From: Octopus vulgaris
Taxonomy: Eukaryota
Length of the DNA stretch: 64,000 nt
Reading direction: 5' to 3'
Assembly: GCA_951406725.2 (NCBI GenBank)
Contig: OX597841.1
Coordinates: forward strand, 16,368,001-16,432,000
A program made the translations under genes and the position numbers. The number at the start of each line of letters is the position of its first letter. Within the stretch, counting starts at the first letter, position 1. This document shows positions 28,806 to 42,015 of this stretch, piece after piece. The notes beneath the pieces were generated by a model that was not told the DNA's origin, ran no database searches, and worked only from the letters and a program-made list of their open reading frames with translations.

Positions 28806-29621
28806 TCTTTATATATATAAAACTGAGAATGTGTGTCTGTCTGTCTGTGTGTTTCCCTAAAACTTGAGAACTACACAACCAAATTCATTCAAATTTTACA
28901 CATGCCTTACTTAGGGTCCGGGGAGTGTCATCGGCAAAAAATTTTCCACTAAGATTCCCTAAAATTTGAGAACTACACAACTAATTTCATTCAAATTTTA
29001 CACATGCCTTACTTAGGGTCCATGTAGTTTCATGGGCAAAAAAAATGTTCAACTTCTTGCCTAGAGCGAGTCCATAGCAATATCATATCTTCTCCACTAT
29101 TTCAGTATTACGTGTTAAAAGTGAAACAAAAATATTTCTCTATTTTATGTCAGATGCTTTCACTTTAACAATAAAAATAATAATAACAATTGAATTATAT
29201 GTAGTAAGTAATAATTAAAATCAAACTAAAGTATAATATAAGTAAAAATAGCAATTGGTATAAAATTGCATCAATGATTTGAACTTGAATAAGTGGTTTC
29301 ACATGAATGGGAATTAAATTAAAAATAAAATTACCGTGCAGAAATGGAATAGTCAAGATAGATAATAAAAAATTAAATTAAAGAAAAGACTATTGTCTAT
29401 AAAGTATACAATGTAGAGAAAAACGAAGACTAACAATTCCAGTCTATTATATATTTTGTGTATTGTTATCACTAGCGATATCAAGATATAACTTTGTATT
29501 TTGCATTTTATGCGTAGATGTATATATATAGATGTACATGTAATATGTACACATTTATATATATACACATATATATATGCACTAGCACTATGACCCGGCA
29601 ACGACGGGTCTTTAATGCTAG
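28806..29621 (+). mobile_element. Non-autonomous Helitron
   Basis: 5' TC (A|TCTTTATATATATAAAA), 3' hairpin GACCCG-GCAACGA-CGGGTC at 29592-29610, CTAG|T at 29618-29621. A/T insertion site, no TSD, internal duplication of about 100 bp (28855 and 28957). Confidence 0.85.
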
Positions 29622-29666
29622 TATACATATATATTTACTGAACTATTTACTCTTTTCTCTTTCTCT

Positions 29667-30060
29667 ATTTTACTTATTTCAGTCATTTGACTGCGGCCAT
29701 GTTGGAGCACCGCGTTCTAGTCGAGCAAATCGACCCCAGGACTTATTCTTTGTAAGCCTAGTACTTATTCTATCAGTCTCTTTTGCTGAACCGCTAAGTT
29801 ACGGGGACGTAAACACACCAGCATCGGTTGTCAAGCAATGGTGGGGGGACAAACACAGGCACAAAAACATGCACACATACATATATATACATATATACGA
29901 CGGGCTTCTTCCAGTTTCCGTCTACCAAATCCACTCACAAGGCTTTGGTCGGCCTGAGGCTATAGTAGAAGACACTTGCCCAAGGTGCCACGCAGTGGGA
30001 ATGAATCCGGAACCATGTGGCTGGTAAGCAAGCTACTTACCACACAGCCACTCCTACGCC
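29667..30060 (-). mobile_element. SINE family A, full length
   Basis: Head, CORE-like segment and tail as in the other copies. Confidence 0.92.
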
Positions 30061-30449
30061 TTGCTGAACTAACCGTTAAATGATTCAATATTCCACAGGC
30101 TCGTAGACTCTTAACGTAAACCACGACAGAAATAGCGTAACACAGTGTATAGAACAATATTAAATCTTTGAATTATGGTTTGCAGTCAACACGGACGGCC
30201 TTCTGGACTCTGTTTCATTCAGTAGATTTCAGTTAAAATCTAATTTGTCGGAAAAGAACACATATGCTCCAAATATTATGCTGTTGAAACGAATCAAATA
30301 TTCAAAGATTGCCATAAAACTTCTGAAATGATACGCTCACGCCAGTTTTCGAATCACACAGACTGCGCACACGCATACGCACACATACTCCTAAGAAATA
30401 TCTCTGTATCTATCTATCTATCTATCTACCTATCTATCTACCTACCTAC

Positions 30450-30511
<62 letters not shown>

Positions 30512-30520
30512 GTGTGTGTG

Positions 30521-30571
<51 letters not shown>

Positions 30572-30648
30572 GTGTGTGTGTGTGTCTATCTATCTGTCTA
30601 TCTACCTATCACATTCTCTGTGTGTGTGTGTGTTTGTGTGTGTGTATA

Positions 30649-30703
<55 letters not shown>

Positions 30704-31072
30704 GTCTGTCTGTATGTTATCTGCATGTCTATTATGTTGGTGTGTATAACGAGTGTGTAAGTATTTGAATATGTATACATATATATTTATACATATATAT
30801 GTATGTATAACCATATATACATACATACAAACACATATATATATACATATATATATGTATATATATATATGTATATATATATATATGTATATATATATGT
30901 ATATATCTATGTATATGTATGTATATATATATGTATGTATAACGGCAAGCAAATATATACGCATGTGTGTATGTGTGTGTGTGCATATAAAAGTGAGAGG
31001 TTTTGCGCCTGTGCGCGTATTTATGAATAGTTGCTAATTGCAAATATCCAACTGAAAGTTATGCAACATATC

Positions 31073-31530
31073 TGACGATGATGATGATGATGATGACGAT
31101 GACGATGATATGGATAATGATATTCGTAATCATCCTCAACAACAATTTAGTGTTATTGATGATGATGATGACGATCATGATGATTGTGGCGATGATGATG
31201 ATGACTATGAGGATGATGATGTTGGCGATGATGATGATGTTGGCGATGATGATGATGTTGGCGATGATGATGATGTTGGCGATGATGATGATGTTGGCGA
31301 TGATGATGATAATGATGATGGTGATGGTACTGATAGTGATGGTGATGGTGATGATAATGATGGTGATGATAATGATGATGACGATGATAATGATGATGAT
31401 GATAATGATGATGATGATGGTAATGATAATGATGATGGTGGTACTGATGATGATGATTATGATGATGGTGATGATGATGATGGCGATGATGATGATATTG
31501 ATGATGATTATGATGTTGATTATGATGATA

Positions 31531-31568
<38 letters not shown>

Positions 31569-32102
31569 GATGATATTGATGATGATTATGATGTTGATTA
31601 TGATGATATTGATGATGATGATGATGATGATGATGTTGCAGCTGCTGCTACTGCTGCTGTTGCTGACGATCATGATGTTGAAGATGATGATGATGACGAT
31701 GATGATGATGACGATGATGATGATGATTGTGATGATGTTGATGATGATGATGATGATAACAGTGATGATGATGATAGCGCCATCTAGTTTGAAAAACAAC
31801 CTTTACATCCACACACAGACACCATAGTGTTAATAATAATAATGATGATAATAATGATGATGATGATAATGATGATGATGATAATAATAATAACAATAAT
31901 AATAATAATAACAATAATAATAATAATAATAATGATGATGATGATTACAATGCAAAAATACTGATAGCATTAATAGTAGCAGTGCTGCTGCTGCTGCTAC
32001 TACTACTACTACTACTACTACTACTAGAAAAGATGAAGTAATAATAATAATAATGATAATAATAATAATAATAATAATAATATAATAATGATAATAATAA
32101 TA

Positions 32103-32144
<42 letters not shown>

Positions 32145-32195
32145 TAATAATAATAATAATAATAATAATATGATAATAATATAATAATATAATAA

Positions 32196-32228
<33 letters not shown>

Positions 32229-32269
32229 CACTACTACTAGAAAAGATGAAGATAATAATAATAATAATG

Positions 32270-32320
<51 letters not shown>
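31073..32320. repeat. (GAT)n then (TAA)n/(CTA)n microsatellite fields
   Basis: Directly visible. Confidence 0.95.
31775..31789 (-). promoter_or_regulatory. CTCF-like motif
   Basis: Minus strand AACTAGATGGCGCTA, in a roughly 55-bp unique island between microsatellites. Confidence 0.35.
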
Positions 32321-32321
<1 letters not shown>

Positions 32322-32812
32322 GCTAATAAACCGGATATTATTATAAACGATCAGACAAAAAGGATGTGTTTATTAATTGACATGACTATTACTTGCGATT
32401 ACAATATAGCAACGAAAGAATTTGACAAGGTTAGTAAATATAAAGACCTGCTAATAGAAATCGAAAAAAATGTGGCATCTCAAGGCGACTACAGTACCAG
32501 TGATTGTAGGATCTCTAGGAATGATAAAAAAAGGTACTGAAACCTATTTGAAAATGATACCAGGCTTACCATCCCTACAGGAAGTGCAAACAATTGTATT
32601 AACCGGAACGGCTCATGTACTGAGAAGAGCATTATCGCTGTGAAAACAACATCCATTCATGAATTTATTTATTTATTAATTTTTAAATGCATATTTTATC
32701 TGTGAATTTGCGTGTGTAATCTGGGAATGCATACAATGAGCTTCTCTGCCCTAGGTGTATGGAAAACACTCGGCGAGAAACGGAAGAAAATTTGAAGAAA
32801 GAAGGAAAAAAC
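32321..32812 (+). mobile_element. R4/Dong-like LINE 3' end: restriction-like endonuclease domain plus 3' UTR
   Basis: ANKPDIIINDQTKRMCLLIDMTITCDYNIATKEFDKVSKYKDLLIEIEK, +1 frameshift in an A-run, MWHLKATTVPVIVGSLG...VQTIVLTGTAHVLRRALSL* (stop 32641-32643). Flanked by (TAA)n on both sides. Confidence 0.88.
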
Positions 32813-32861
<49 letters not shown>

Positions 32862-32863
<2 letters not shown>

Positions 32864-33074
32864 GTTTCAGATTTCGCTATAAGGGCAGCAATTTTGGTAG
32901 AAGGGATGAGTTGATTACTTCGACCCCAGTGTTCAACTGGTACTTATTTTATCGACCCTGAAAGGATGAAAAGCAAAGTCGACATCGGCAGAATTTGAAC
33001 GCATAACGTAAAGATGAATGAAATGTACCTCTGCATTCCGTCCAGCGTGCTAACGATTCTCCCAGCTCGCCGCC
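32862..33074 (-). mobile_element. SINE family D, full length
   Basis: Minus strand GGCGGCGAGCTGGGAGAATCGTTAGCACGC...GTTCAAATTC...TTTCATCCTTTCAGGGTCGATAAAATAAGTACCAG...(ATT)n. Confidence 0.85.
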
Positions 33075-33089
33075 TAATGATGATGATGA

Positions 33090-33127
<38 letters not shown>

Positions 33128-33197
33128 ATAATAATTACACAGGCACACAGAGCTGCGCTCGGTAGTGAAGTGAAAGCACGCTATAAAAATAAAACTA

Positions 33198-33231
<34 letters not shown>

Positions 33232-33254
33232 TTAAAATGCCCTGATATATATAT

Positions 33255-33480
33255 AGTCGCCATGATAGATCGTTAGCCACTACACACATTTTTTCTCTCC
33301 CTTTTTTCTCTCTTTTTTTCTCTCCTTGTTTCTCTCCTTGCTTTTTCTGTGTCCCTTTCTGTAAAAGAGCGTAGGCTCGAAAGGCTAAAGACGTTTTTCT
33401 ATTCCTCAGCGTTATACTAATACATCTGTTTGTTTTGTACACCACCTGTCTTCGTCTTTTTTTTTTTCGTAAACTCTCCC
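33255..33480 (+). mobile_element. Penelope-like terminus, second copy of the 24995 family
   Basis: CCCTTTCTGTAAAAGAGCGTAGGCTCGAAAGGCTAAAGAC...GTAAACTCTCCCTATA. Confidence 0.55.
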
Positions 33481-33517
<37 letters not shown>

Positions 33518-33522
33518 GTATA

Positions 33523-34024
<502 letters not shown>

Positions 34025-34025
34025 T

Positions 34026-34370
34026 GAAGGCGCATGGCTCAGTGGTTAGAGCGTCGAGCTTACGATCGTGAGGTTGTGAGCTCGAATCCCGGACCGGGCT
34101 GCGTGTTGTGTTCTTGAGCAAGGCACTTTATTTCACGTTGCTCCAGTTCACTCAGCTGTAGAAATGAGTTGCGACGTCACTGGTGCCAAGCCTGTATCGG
34201 CCCCTTTGTCTTTCGCTTGGATAACACTGGTGGCGTGGAGAGGGGAGGCTGGTATGCATGGGCAACTGCTGGTCTTCCATAAACAACCTTGCCCGGACTT
34301 GTGTCTAGGAGGGTAACTTTCTAGGTGCAATCCCATGGTCATTCATGACCGAAGGGGGTCTTTACCCTTT
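34026..34370 (+). mobile_element. SINE family C (tRNA-derived), full length
   Basis: A box TGGCTCAGTGG, B box GAGCTCGAATCCC, then TTCTTGAGCAAGGCACTTTA; homologous minus copy at 61921-62286. Confidence 0.85.
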
Positions 34371-34647
34371 TTATATATATATATATTTTTTATTTGCCCT
34401 GTTCGTGTGAGCTAACAATCGTACCGACTTTCATGGGAAACATGTATTTTTGTGGTTGAAACCTTTTGGATTAACTAGTGCTAGAGTGAGCCATATAGTG
34501 ACCACTCTCTTATATTTATTTTGTAAAAATATTATAATATATTATAAAATATTATAATAATCCAGGTTTCTCGGAGCACTGGGCCACTTGGTGTTGAATA
34601 GATATACTATTAAATTAGTATCTAATTCTCTCATCCTTATTAATTAA

Positions 34648-35102
<455 letters not shown>

Positions 35103-35170
35103 TATATATATATATATGTGTGTGTGTGTATACATATGCATATATATGTAGATACATGAATATTTATCTT

Positions 35171-35201
<31 letters not shown>

Positions 35202-35202
35202 T

Positions 35203-35350
35203 CAGTCACTGGGGTTGCGACTCGGCACCCGGAGAAGCAAGCCCATGCCGTCCAACAGCGCCTCCGGTCGAGTTGCTCGGGGTCTGGTTTTGTCCCGACC
35301 TCCAAACTGAGGGATTGAACCGGGAACCAAGTGCTTCATAAGCACTGATG
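35203..35350 (-). mobile_element. Possible additional tRNA-derived SINE fragment
   Basis: Minus strand GGTTCCCGGTTCAATCCC (B-box-like) followed by a GC-rich body; single copy in this window. Confidence 0.35.
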
Positions 35351-35711
35351 TCTGTACTGATGCATGTAAGCGTTCGTGTTTATGTATACGATATGTCCTT
35401 AACCTTGGATAATACCAGATTTTTATGATTCGGACATGGGGATGAGCAAATTTGCCTGACGGAAATTCTTTTCCAGATATAAGGTAAAAAAGAAGAGTAA
35501 AACAAAATATAAAAGGCAAAAATAAAACGAAACATATGAGAAAAATATGGCGACGATGTTTAATACAGACAGCAGTCATTATGACCTCAGCGTTTAATGT
35601 ATTAGTTTGAATCAATAGTATATAGATATATACATTTATATACACGTCACATATATAAATGTATGCACACACTCACACACACACACACACACATATGTGT
35701 GCGTATGTGTG

Positions 35712-35766
<55 letters not shown>

Positions 35767-35785
35767 TTATATATATATATGTGCG

Positions 35786-35827
<42 letters not shown>

Positions 35828-35828
35828 A

Positions 35829-35886
<58 letters not shown>

Positions 35887-35939
35887 ATAGGTATGTATAT
35901 ATACATGTATATGTATTTGTATATATGTATATAGGTATG

Positions 35940-35974
<35 letters not shown>

Positions 35975-36084
35975 GTGTGAGGGAAGGTGGAGAGTGAAAT
36001 AAATTGATGGAAAATGTGTGCATATATATATATATGTTTATATATATGTATATATATGTTTATATATATGTTTATTTATACATA

Positions 36085-36132
<48 letters not shown>

Positions 36133-36160
36133 CATATAGGTATGTGTATATACATATAGG

Positions 36161-36217
<57 letters not shown>

Positions 36218-36561
36218 GCACATATATGTACGTAATCCTTCGCTCATTTACTTGTTGTAGCCAGTTGTCTGATATCGTGCGGGAGCATTCCCACCAGTGC
36301 CCCACCCCTACTGTGATGCATAAAAACACACACACACACGCACACACACATACATACATGCATACACGCACACACACATACATACATGTAACCGTACGCA
36401 CACCATGCAGCCATTTTTCTTTTTCGCCATGATGGCTATCAAATCCACCGGAAGTTTTTTTTCTTTATAAATATTTTCATACGTACAAAGTATACACAAG
36501 CATAGTTATGCAAGAATGCATGCGTGCGCATACCCATACCCACATGCACGCGTACACACAT

Positions 36562-36606
<45 letters not shown>

Positions 36607-36875
36607 AGTGCTTACATCCATACACTTATATACGCGTAGAAATACACGCATGCGATCGTACATATATGCATATACGCATACATTCATGCTTATAGCCGTA
36701 CACACACGCACAAATATATCGACACACACACACACACAGATTCATACGTACTCATATCCATATGCACATAGTCAAGTGCTTGTAAACATGCACATACGCA
36801 CGCGTGCACATGCATTCGTGCTTAGACCCACACGCTTATATACACGTACACTTAAACACACACATGCATGCATAG

Positions 36876-36951
<76 letters not shown>

Positions 36952-36953
<2 letters not shown>

Positions 36954-37110
36954 TTTATTTAAAAGCAGCAGGAAATTCAACAAAACCTGTTACTCAGAGT
37001 AAGAGGTTTTGTTGAATTTCTGCTGCTTTTAAATATAGCATATTACTCTACTCCTGGTATTTGAGTACTCTTTTTTCCACCTTGTTTCACATTTATGTGT
37101 TTACTCCGGT
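36952..37110. mobile_element. Inverted Penelope-like terminal junction forming an ~80-nt hairpin
   Basis: TATTTAAAAGCAGCAGGAAATTCAACAAAACCTGTTACTC-A-GAGTAAGAGGTTTTGTTGAATTTCTGCTGCTTTTAAATA. Confidence 0.6.
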
Positions 37111-37125
37111 ATATATATATATATA

Positions 37126-37636
37126 GGCGCAGGAGTCGCTGTGTGGTAAGTAGCTTGCTAACCAACCACATGGTTCCGGGTTCAGTCCCACTGCGTGGCA
37201 TCTTGGGCAAGTGTCTTCTGCTATAGCCCCGGGCCGACCAATGCCTTGTGAGTGGATTTGGTAGACGGAAACTGAAACAAGCCCGTCGCATATATGTATA
37301 TATATATATGCGTGTGTGTTTTTGTGTGTCTGTGGTTGTCCCCCTAGCATTGCTTGACAACCGATGCTGGTGTGTTTATGTCCCCGTCACTTAGCGGTTC
37401 GGCAAAAGAGACCCATAGAATAAGTACTGGGCTTACAAAGAATAAGTCCTGGGGTCGATTTGTTCGACCAAAGCCTTGTGAGTGGATTTGGTATACGGAA
37501 ACTGAAAGAAGCCCGTCGTGTATATGTATATATATTTATATATATATATATATGTGTGTGTGTTTGTGTGTCTGTGTTTGCCCCCTTCCCCCAACATCGC
37601 TTGACAACCGATGCTGATGTGTTTACATCCCCGTAA
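37126..37636 (+). mobile_element. SINE family A with internal tandem duplication
   Basis: After GGGGTCGATTTGTTCGAC the sequence restarts at CAAAGCCTTGTGAGTGG (about 37470). Confidence 0.9.
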
Positions 37637-37639
37637 ATA

Positions 37640-38340
37640 GCCTTGATATTAACTCTCACGCGACTCTGCATCTTTCTTTCTTTCTATTCCATTCCCTTTT
37701 TCGTCTTTTTTCCCTCACTTAACTTGTCTCTTCCTCTCTCTCTCATTCTTCATTCTCTCTCTCCCCCTCACCATTCTTCATGGTCTCCTCGCACCATTCC
37801 CCTTCTTCTCTCCCTTCCTCTTGCTCCTCCTCCCCCATTCCCGTCGTCCATCTGCGACGATACTTCCGTCGTAACTGCTATCCTGTCTTTTCTCGCCCGC
37901 CTTCTAAGGCTACTGATCGACATTCCTGCTCTCTCGTCGTCCACTATAATCCAGCGTTTGCAATACTTTTTTCGTCTGGCGTAAACAGCCCTTCTTATCT
38001 TGTTCTCCTTGTCCTGTCTCTTACTGTTATATATTTATTTTTCCACTGTTTATATATATTTTTTTACTGTTTATATGTTTGTACTGTCGTTACCGTCTTG
38101 CGTTTTTTACCATTTTTTACCCCTCTGCGAAAAGATCTCAGAATTTTAATTGATTTGCTTTTCGCAGGAAGGAAGTTTCTTCGAAGATACGTCTCGCTTT
38201 TATCCTTCCAAACGTAGAGTAGATGAAACCTTAGCGACTGAAGAAGGGTTTTTTTCGTTGTGCTCATTGTCCTGTTCCTTGGTTTGTGTCTTGTTTTTCG
38301 TCTCTCTATGTGTTCGACGTCTTTTTGGTGTCCTGTACAC
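37640..38340 (+). mobile_element. Probable Penelope-like 3' terminal region
   Basis: Pyrimidine-rich tract then CCTTCCAAACGTAGAGTAGATGAAACCTTAGCGACTGAAGAAGGG; homologous to 6630-7010 (-). Confidence 0.5.
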
Positions 38341-38503
38341 ATATATGCGTGTATATGTACATGTAGAGGTAGGTACGTACATATATGTTTATATATATAT
38401 GCATATGTTCTTTTATTAACATATATATATATGTATATATACACCCGCGCCCACACATATATGTACATGTAGTTGGTGAGCATGCTACTGCGTATACATA
38501 CAT

Positions 38504-38560
<57 letters not shown>

Positions 38561-38651
38561 AAATATAAATTAGAGATAAAACCACTATTATGCAACTCAA
38601 ACAGTGATAGACATAAACGAAAACATGAATAACAAATAATATATATAATCA

Positions 38652-38704
<53 letters not shown>

Positions 38705-38706
<2 letters not shown>

Positions 38707-38885
38707 TACGGAGATGTACTTGCATAGCGAGTGACTTGATCTGAGATCGTGTGCTGGAACGAAATTAATTGCAGCGTGGAAGGTGTTTATAAGCCATTTA
38801 AGAAACACACAAAACCGTTAGATTCACTTCAACATTTAAATTTAATTTGTCGAAATATTTTCGTCGCTTTGAGACCGCGACCTGT
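38705..38885 (-). mobile_element. Penelope-like terminus with partial hammerhead, truncated at a SINE A junction
   Basis: Minus strand GTCGC-GGTCTCAAA-GCGAC-GAAA-ATAT-TTC-GACA: stem II and palindromic stem III are present, the CUGANGA half is absent. Confidence 0.45.
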
Positions 38886-39025
38886 TTCCGTCTACCAAAT
38901 TCACTCACAAAGCTTTGGTTGACCCGGCTCTTTAGTAGAATCTACTTGCCCAGGATACCACGCAGTGGGACCGAACCCAGAGCCATGCAATAGGGAAGTA
39001 AACTTGAAGCTTGTAACCACACAAC
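38884..39025 (-). mobile_element. SINE family A, diverged head
   Basis: GTTTCCGTCTACCAAATTCACTCACAAAGC...CGCAGTGGGACCGAACCC. Confidence 0.75.
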
Positions 39026-39042
39026 CAATCTCCATCAGCTCT

Positions 39043-39324
39043 TTGGGGACTACAAATTTGATGACAAGGACGATGTGAAAATACCAACGAAGAATTGGGC
39101 AAAATGGTGCAACTCCGGGGTTATTTGTTTTTACAGAAAGGATTCGAGTATTATATTATTTGGCGATGGCGCAAACACATCTCTTGTGATGGAAGCTATG
39201 TTGAGTAACACCTTTGCAGAGAGGAAGATTTATTTTAACCAATATCTGCAATTTCGACGACCTTTGTCAGTTAATAAAAAAAGTTATGCCAACTCTCTTA
39301 TTAATTTCGGTACAACGCTCGCAT
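39043..39324 (+). pseudogene. Decayed Tc1/mariner transposase C-terminus and right end
   Basis: With frameshifts reads [17 protein letters not shown]...FYRKG...[15 protein letters not shown], matching the mariner C-terminal pattern (FY..GI..L..RW.KC...G.YVE). A TIR-like ...ACAACGCTCGCA follows. Confidence 0.55.
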
Positions 39325-39375
39325 CACACAGAAATATACATACATACATACATACATACATACATACATACATAA

Positions 39376-39427
<52 letters not shown>

Positions 39428-39542
39428 ATATATATATATATGTATATGTGTATATATATGTATATGTATATGTATATATATATGTGTATATGTATATATA
39501 TATATGTGTATATGTATATATATATATGTATATGTATATATA

Positions 39543-39573
<31 letters not shown>

Positions 39574-39581
39574 GTATGTAT

Positions 39582-39615
<34 letters not shown>

Positions 39616-39769
39616 AAATATATATATATGCGGTTATGTTTCTCTGTGCATCAGTGTATAGAGAGAGAGAGAGAGAGAGAGAGGGAGAAAGAAGATTCAG
39701 TTAAGGATAATACTTTTCCACTGTTACCTCTCATAAATACACAACTTACGATAAATCCATACGAACACA

Positions 39770-39815
<46 letters not shown>

Positions 39816-39934
39816 AATACCCACACACACACACGTAATTACATTGATGTAAACTTGTGTGCGTATATATATATATATATATATATACAAAGTTTACATC
39901 AATGTAATTACATATGTGTGTATGTATATATATC

Positions 39935-39971
<37 letters not shown>

Positions 39972-40111
39972 CAGTGTAACAGGACATACATACGCAAACA
40001 CACACACACAGACACTCACACACACACATATATATATATATATATGTATACATACATACATGCACACACATATGCATATGTATATGCAAAAATACATATA
40101 CATCTGAAGCG

Positions 40112-40145
<34 letters not shown>

Positions 40146-40148
40146 ATG

Positions 40149-40179
<31 letters not shown>

Positions 40180-40261
40180 ATATACACACGTGTCTGAGTA
40201 TATCTATACCCAACCACGTCTGTATAAGTGTGTGTGTGTTTGAGTGTGACTTTCATGTATT

Positions 40262-40314
<53 letters not shown>

Positions 40315-40515
40315 GCGTGTGCATGTATTTTGCTCTTGTATGTATGACTGTAAATATGCCAAACAGCTTTGCTACATACGCGAAGGCTTAATACGACCAA
40401 GTTGCTCTGTCGCCATGATGGAGTTTTTATCGTCTGTTTCTTTCAAATGAAATGGCGTAGAAATAAATGACAAGGAAAGAGATTAACAGAGCGATTTCAC
40501 ACGCAGACAGACACC

Positions 40516-40617
<102 letters not shown>

Positions 40618-40906
40618 AACACTCATGCTCACCGCCTATACATCCCTTCAGCTACACACACACAAATATGTATATATACATACGTACGTACATACATATA
40701 TACATACATATATATATATGCATGCATACACACACACACATATATATATACATTAAAACACGCTCATACTGACAATCACATCTACACACAGACACTCACA
40801 AACACTCGTGGACATTAAAGTACAGATGATGAGAAGTCGAATGTCTTAGACAAACACTAACCTATACATTTATGCACAGAAATGTGAAGATATATATATA
40901 TATATA

Positions 40907-40954
<48 letters not shown>

Positions 40955-41104
40955 CATAGCTTTCAATATATTTTTTTTTATTTAATGTGGATACATGGTA
41001 TAAAGCCGCAAAACTGCAATATTCGTCTCGAGACAGCACTTCGTACGCACGTATAGTGCTATAAGGCATGGACGCTGATCGGCAGCAGACGAGGAGCATC
41101 CAGC

Positions 41105-41150
41105 AGCGGTAAATCTAGATTTCTGCGTAGTCCTGCGTCACCTGTAGCAT
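41105..41150 (-). ncRNA. Degenerate hammerhead ribozyme (paralog of 41564-41609)
   Basis: Minus strand ATGCTA-CAGGTGA-CGCAGGACTACGCA-GAAA-TCTAGATT-TACCGC; core mutated. Confidence 0.5.
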
Positions 41151-41563
41151 CTGTCGACTAATAACTGCAAGCTTGCACAAATGTCGGCTTTACTGATAGT
41201 GAACCACCGCCCCCCCCAAAAAAAACTCGTGATCAACAAAGCAGTGGCGTCGCAAATAGTCAACAATCTTGGAAAAGAAGCTTTTTCGATACTTTCTTTG
41301 ATCATCAGGTCATTATGATGATGGTGAACTAGATAGCACAGAAGAAAGTCATGCTTCAACTAGCTCTAGATGGAAAAAGTTCTCCGATTTTTTTTCTCAA
41401 TTTATCATTCCTCATTAGCGACAGAATAGCATTATACGTATCTTTCTTAACGCGGATAGAGTGTAGGAATGCCACAATATTGCGGTATGTGTATCGAGGC
41501 AGCATCTCGCATAGACGCGGTTATGGAATGCACAGACAAACAACGGCCAGTAGAGGAGAAGAA

Positions 41564-41609
41564 ATCGCTAAATCTAGATTTCTGCGTACCGCGCATCATC
41601 AGTAACAAC
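41564..41609 (-). ncRNA. Intact minimal type I hammerhead ribozyme
   Basis: Minus strand GTTGTTA-CTGATGA-TGCG-CGGTA-CGCA-GAAA-TCTAGA-TT-TAGCGAT. Perfect core, 7-bp stem I including G-U pairs, 4-bp stem II, palindromic stem III (AATCTAGATT), AUU cleavage triplet. Confidence 0.8.
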
Positions 41610-41931
41610 CAGTTGCATGCTCAGTTAAATTTTGCTTTTACTGATATATTAGGTTCAGACATGGTTGATCCATTAATCTCAATAGATTTGGTTTACCCCC
41701 AAAGACCATATAACTAATAAACAATTATTTTCACCTTCAGTCATTCTGTAGCACACACCAAAATCATTTTCAGTCATTCACTTCTATCTAAACTTTAATG
41801 TGGATGAAGATGGTCCGAGTAACTTTTTTGAATGAAAAGTGGTTTTCTTAACTTTGTAAGTGTAGATGCAAAAGTCAAAATATACCAACAATTTTCATTC
41901 ATAGTTATGAATGAATGAAAATTGCCAAAGA

Positions 41932-42015
41932 TAATCCCCGGGGTCGAGTTGATCGATTAAAGGCGGTGCACCAGCATGGCCGCAGTCAAAATGACTGAAA
42001 CAAGTAAAAAGAGAA
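41932..42015 (+). mobile_element. SINE family A, tail only
   Basis: CCCCGGGGTCGAGTTGATCGATTAAAGGCGGTGCACCAGCATGGCCGCAGTC. Confidence 0.85.

Noticed and set aside
31110-31787. Asp-rich 225-aa ORF resembling acidic biomineral proteins
   Set aside because: (GAT)n microsatellite open in several frames; no signal peptide or splice evidence.
41265-41312. Third hammerhead between the two repeats (minus CTGATGA...GAAAAAGCTTC)
   Set aside because: Stem I does not pair and stem II lacks a closing pair.
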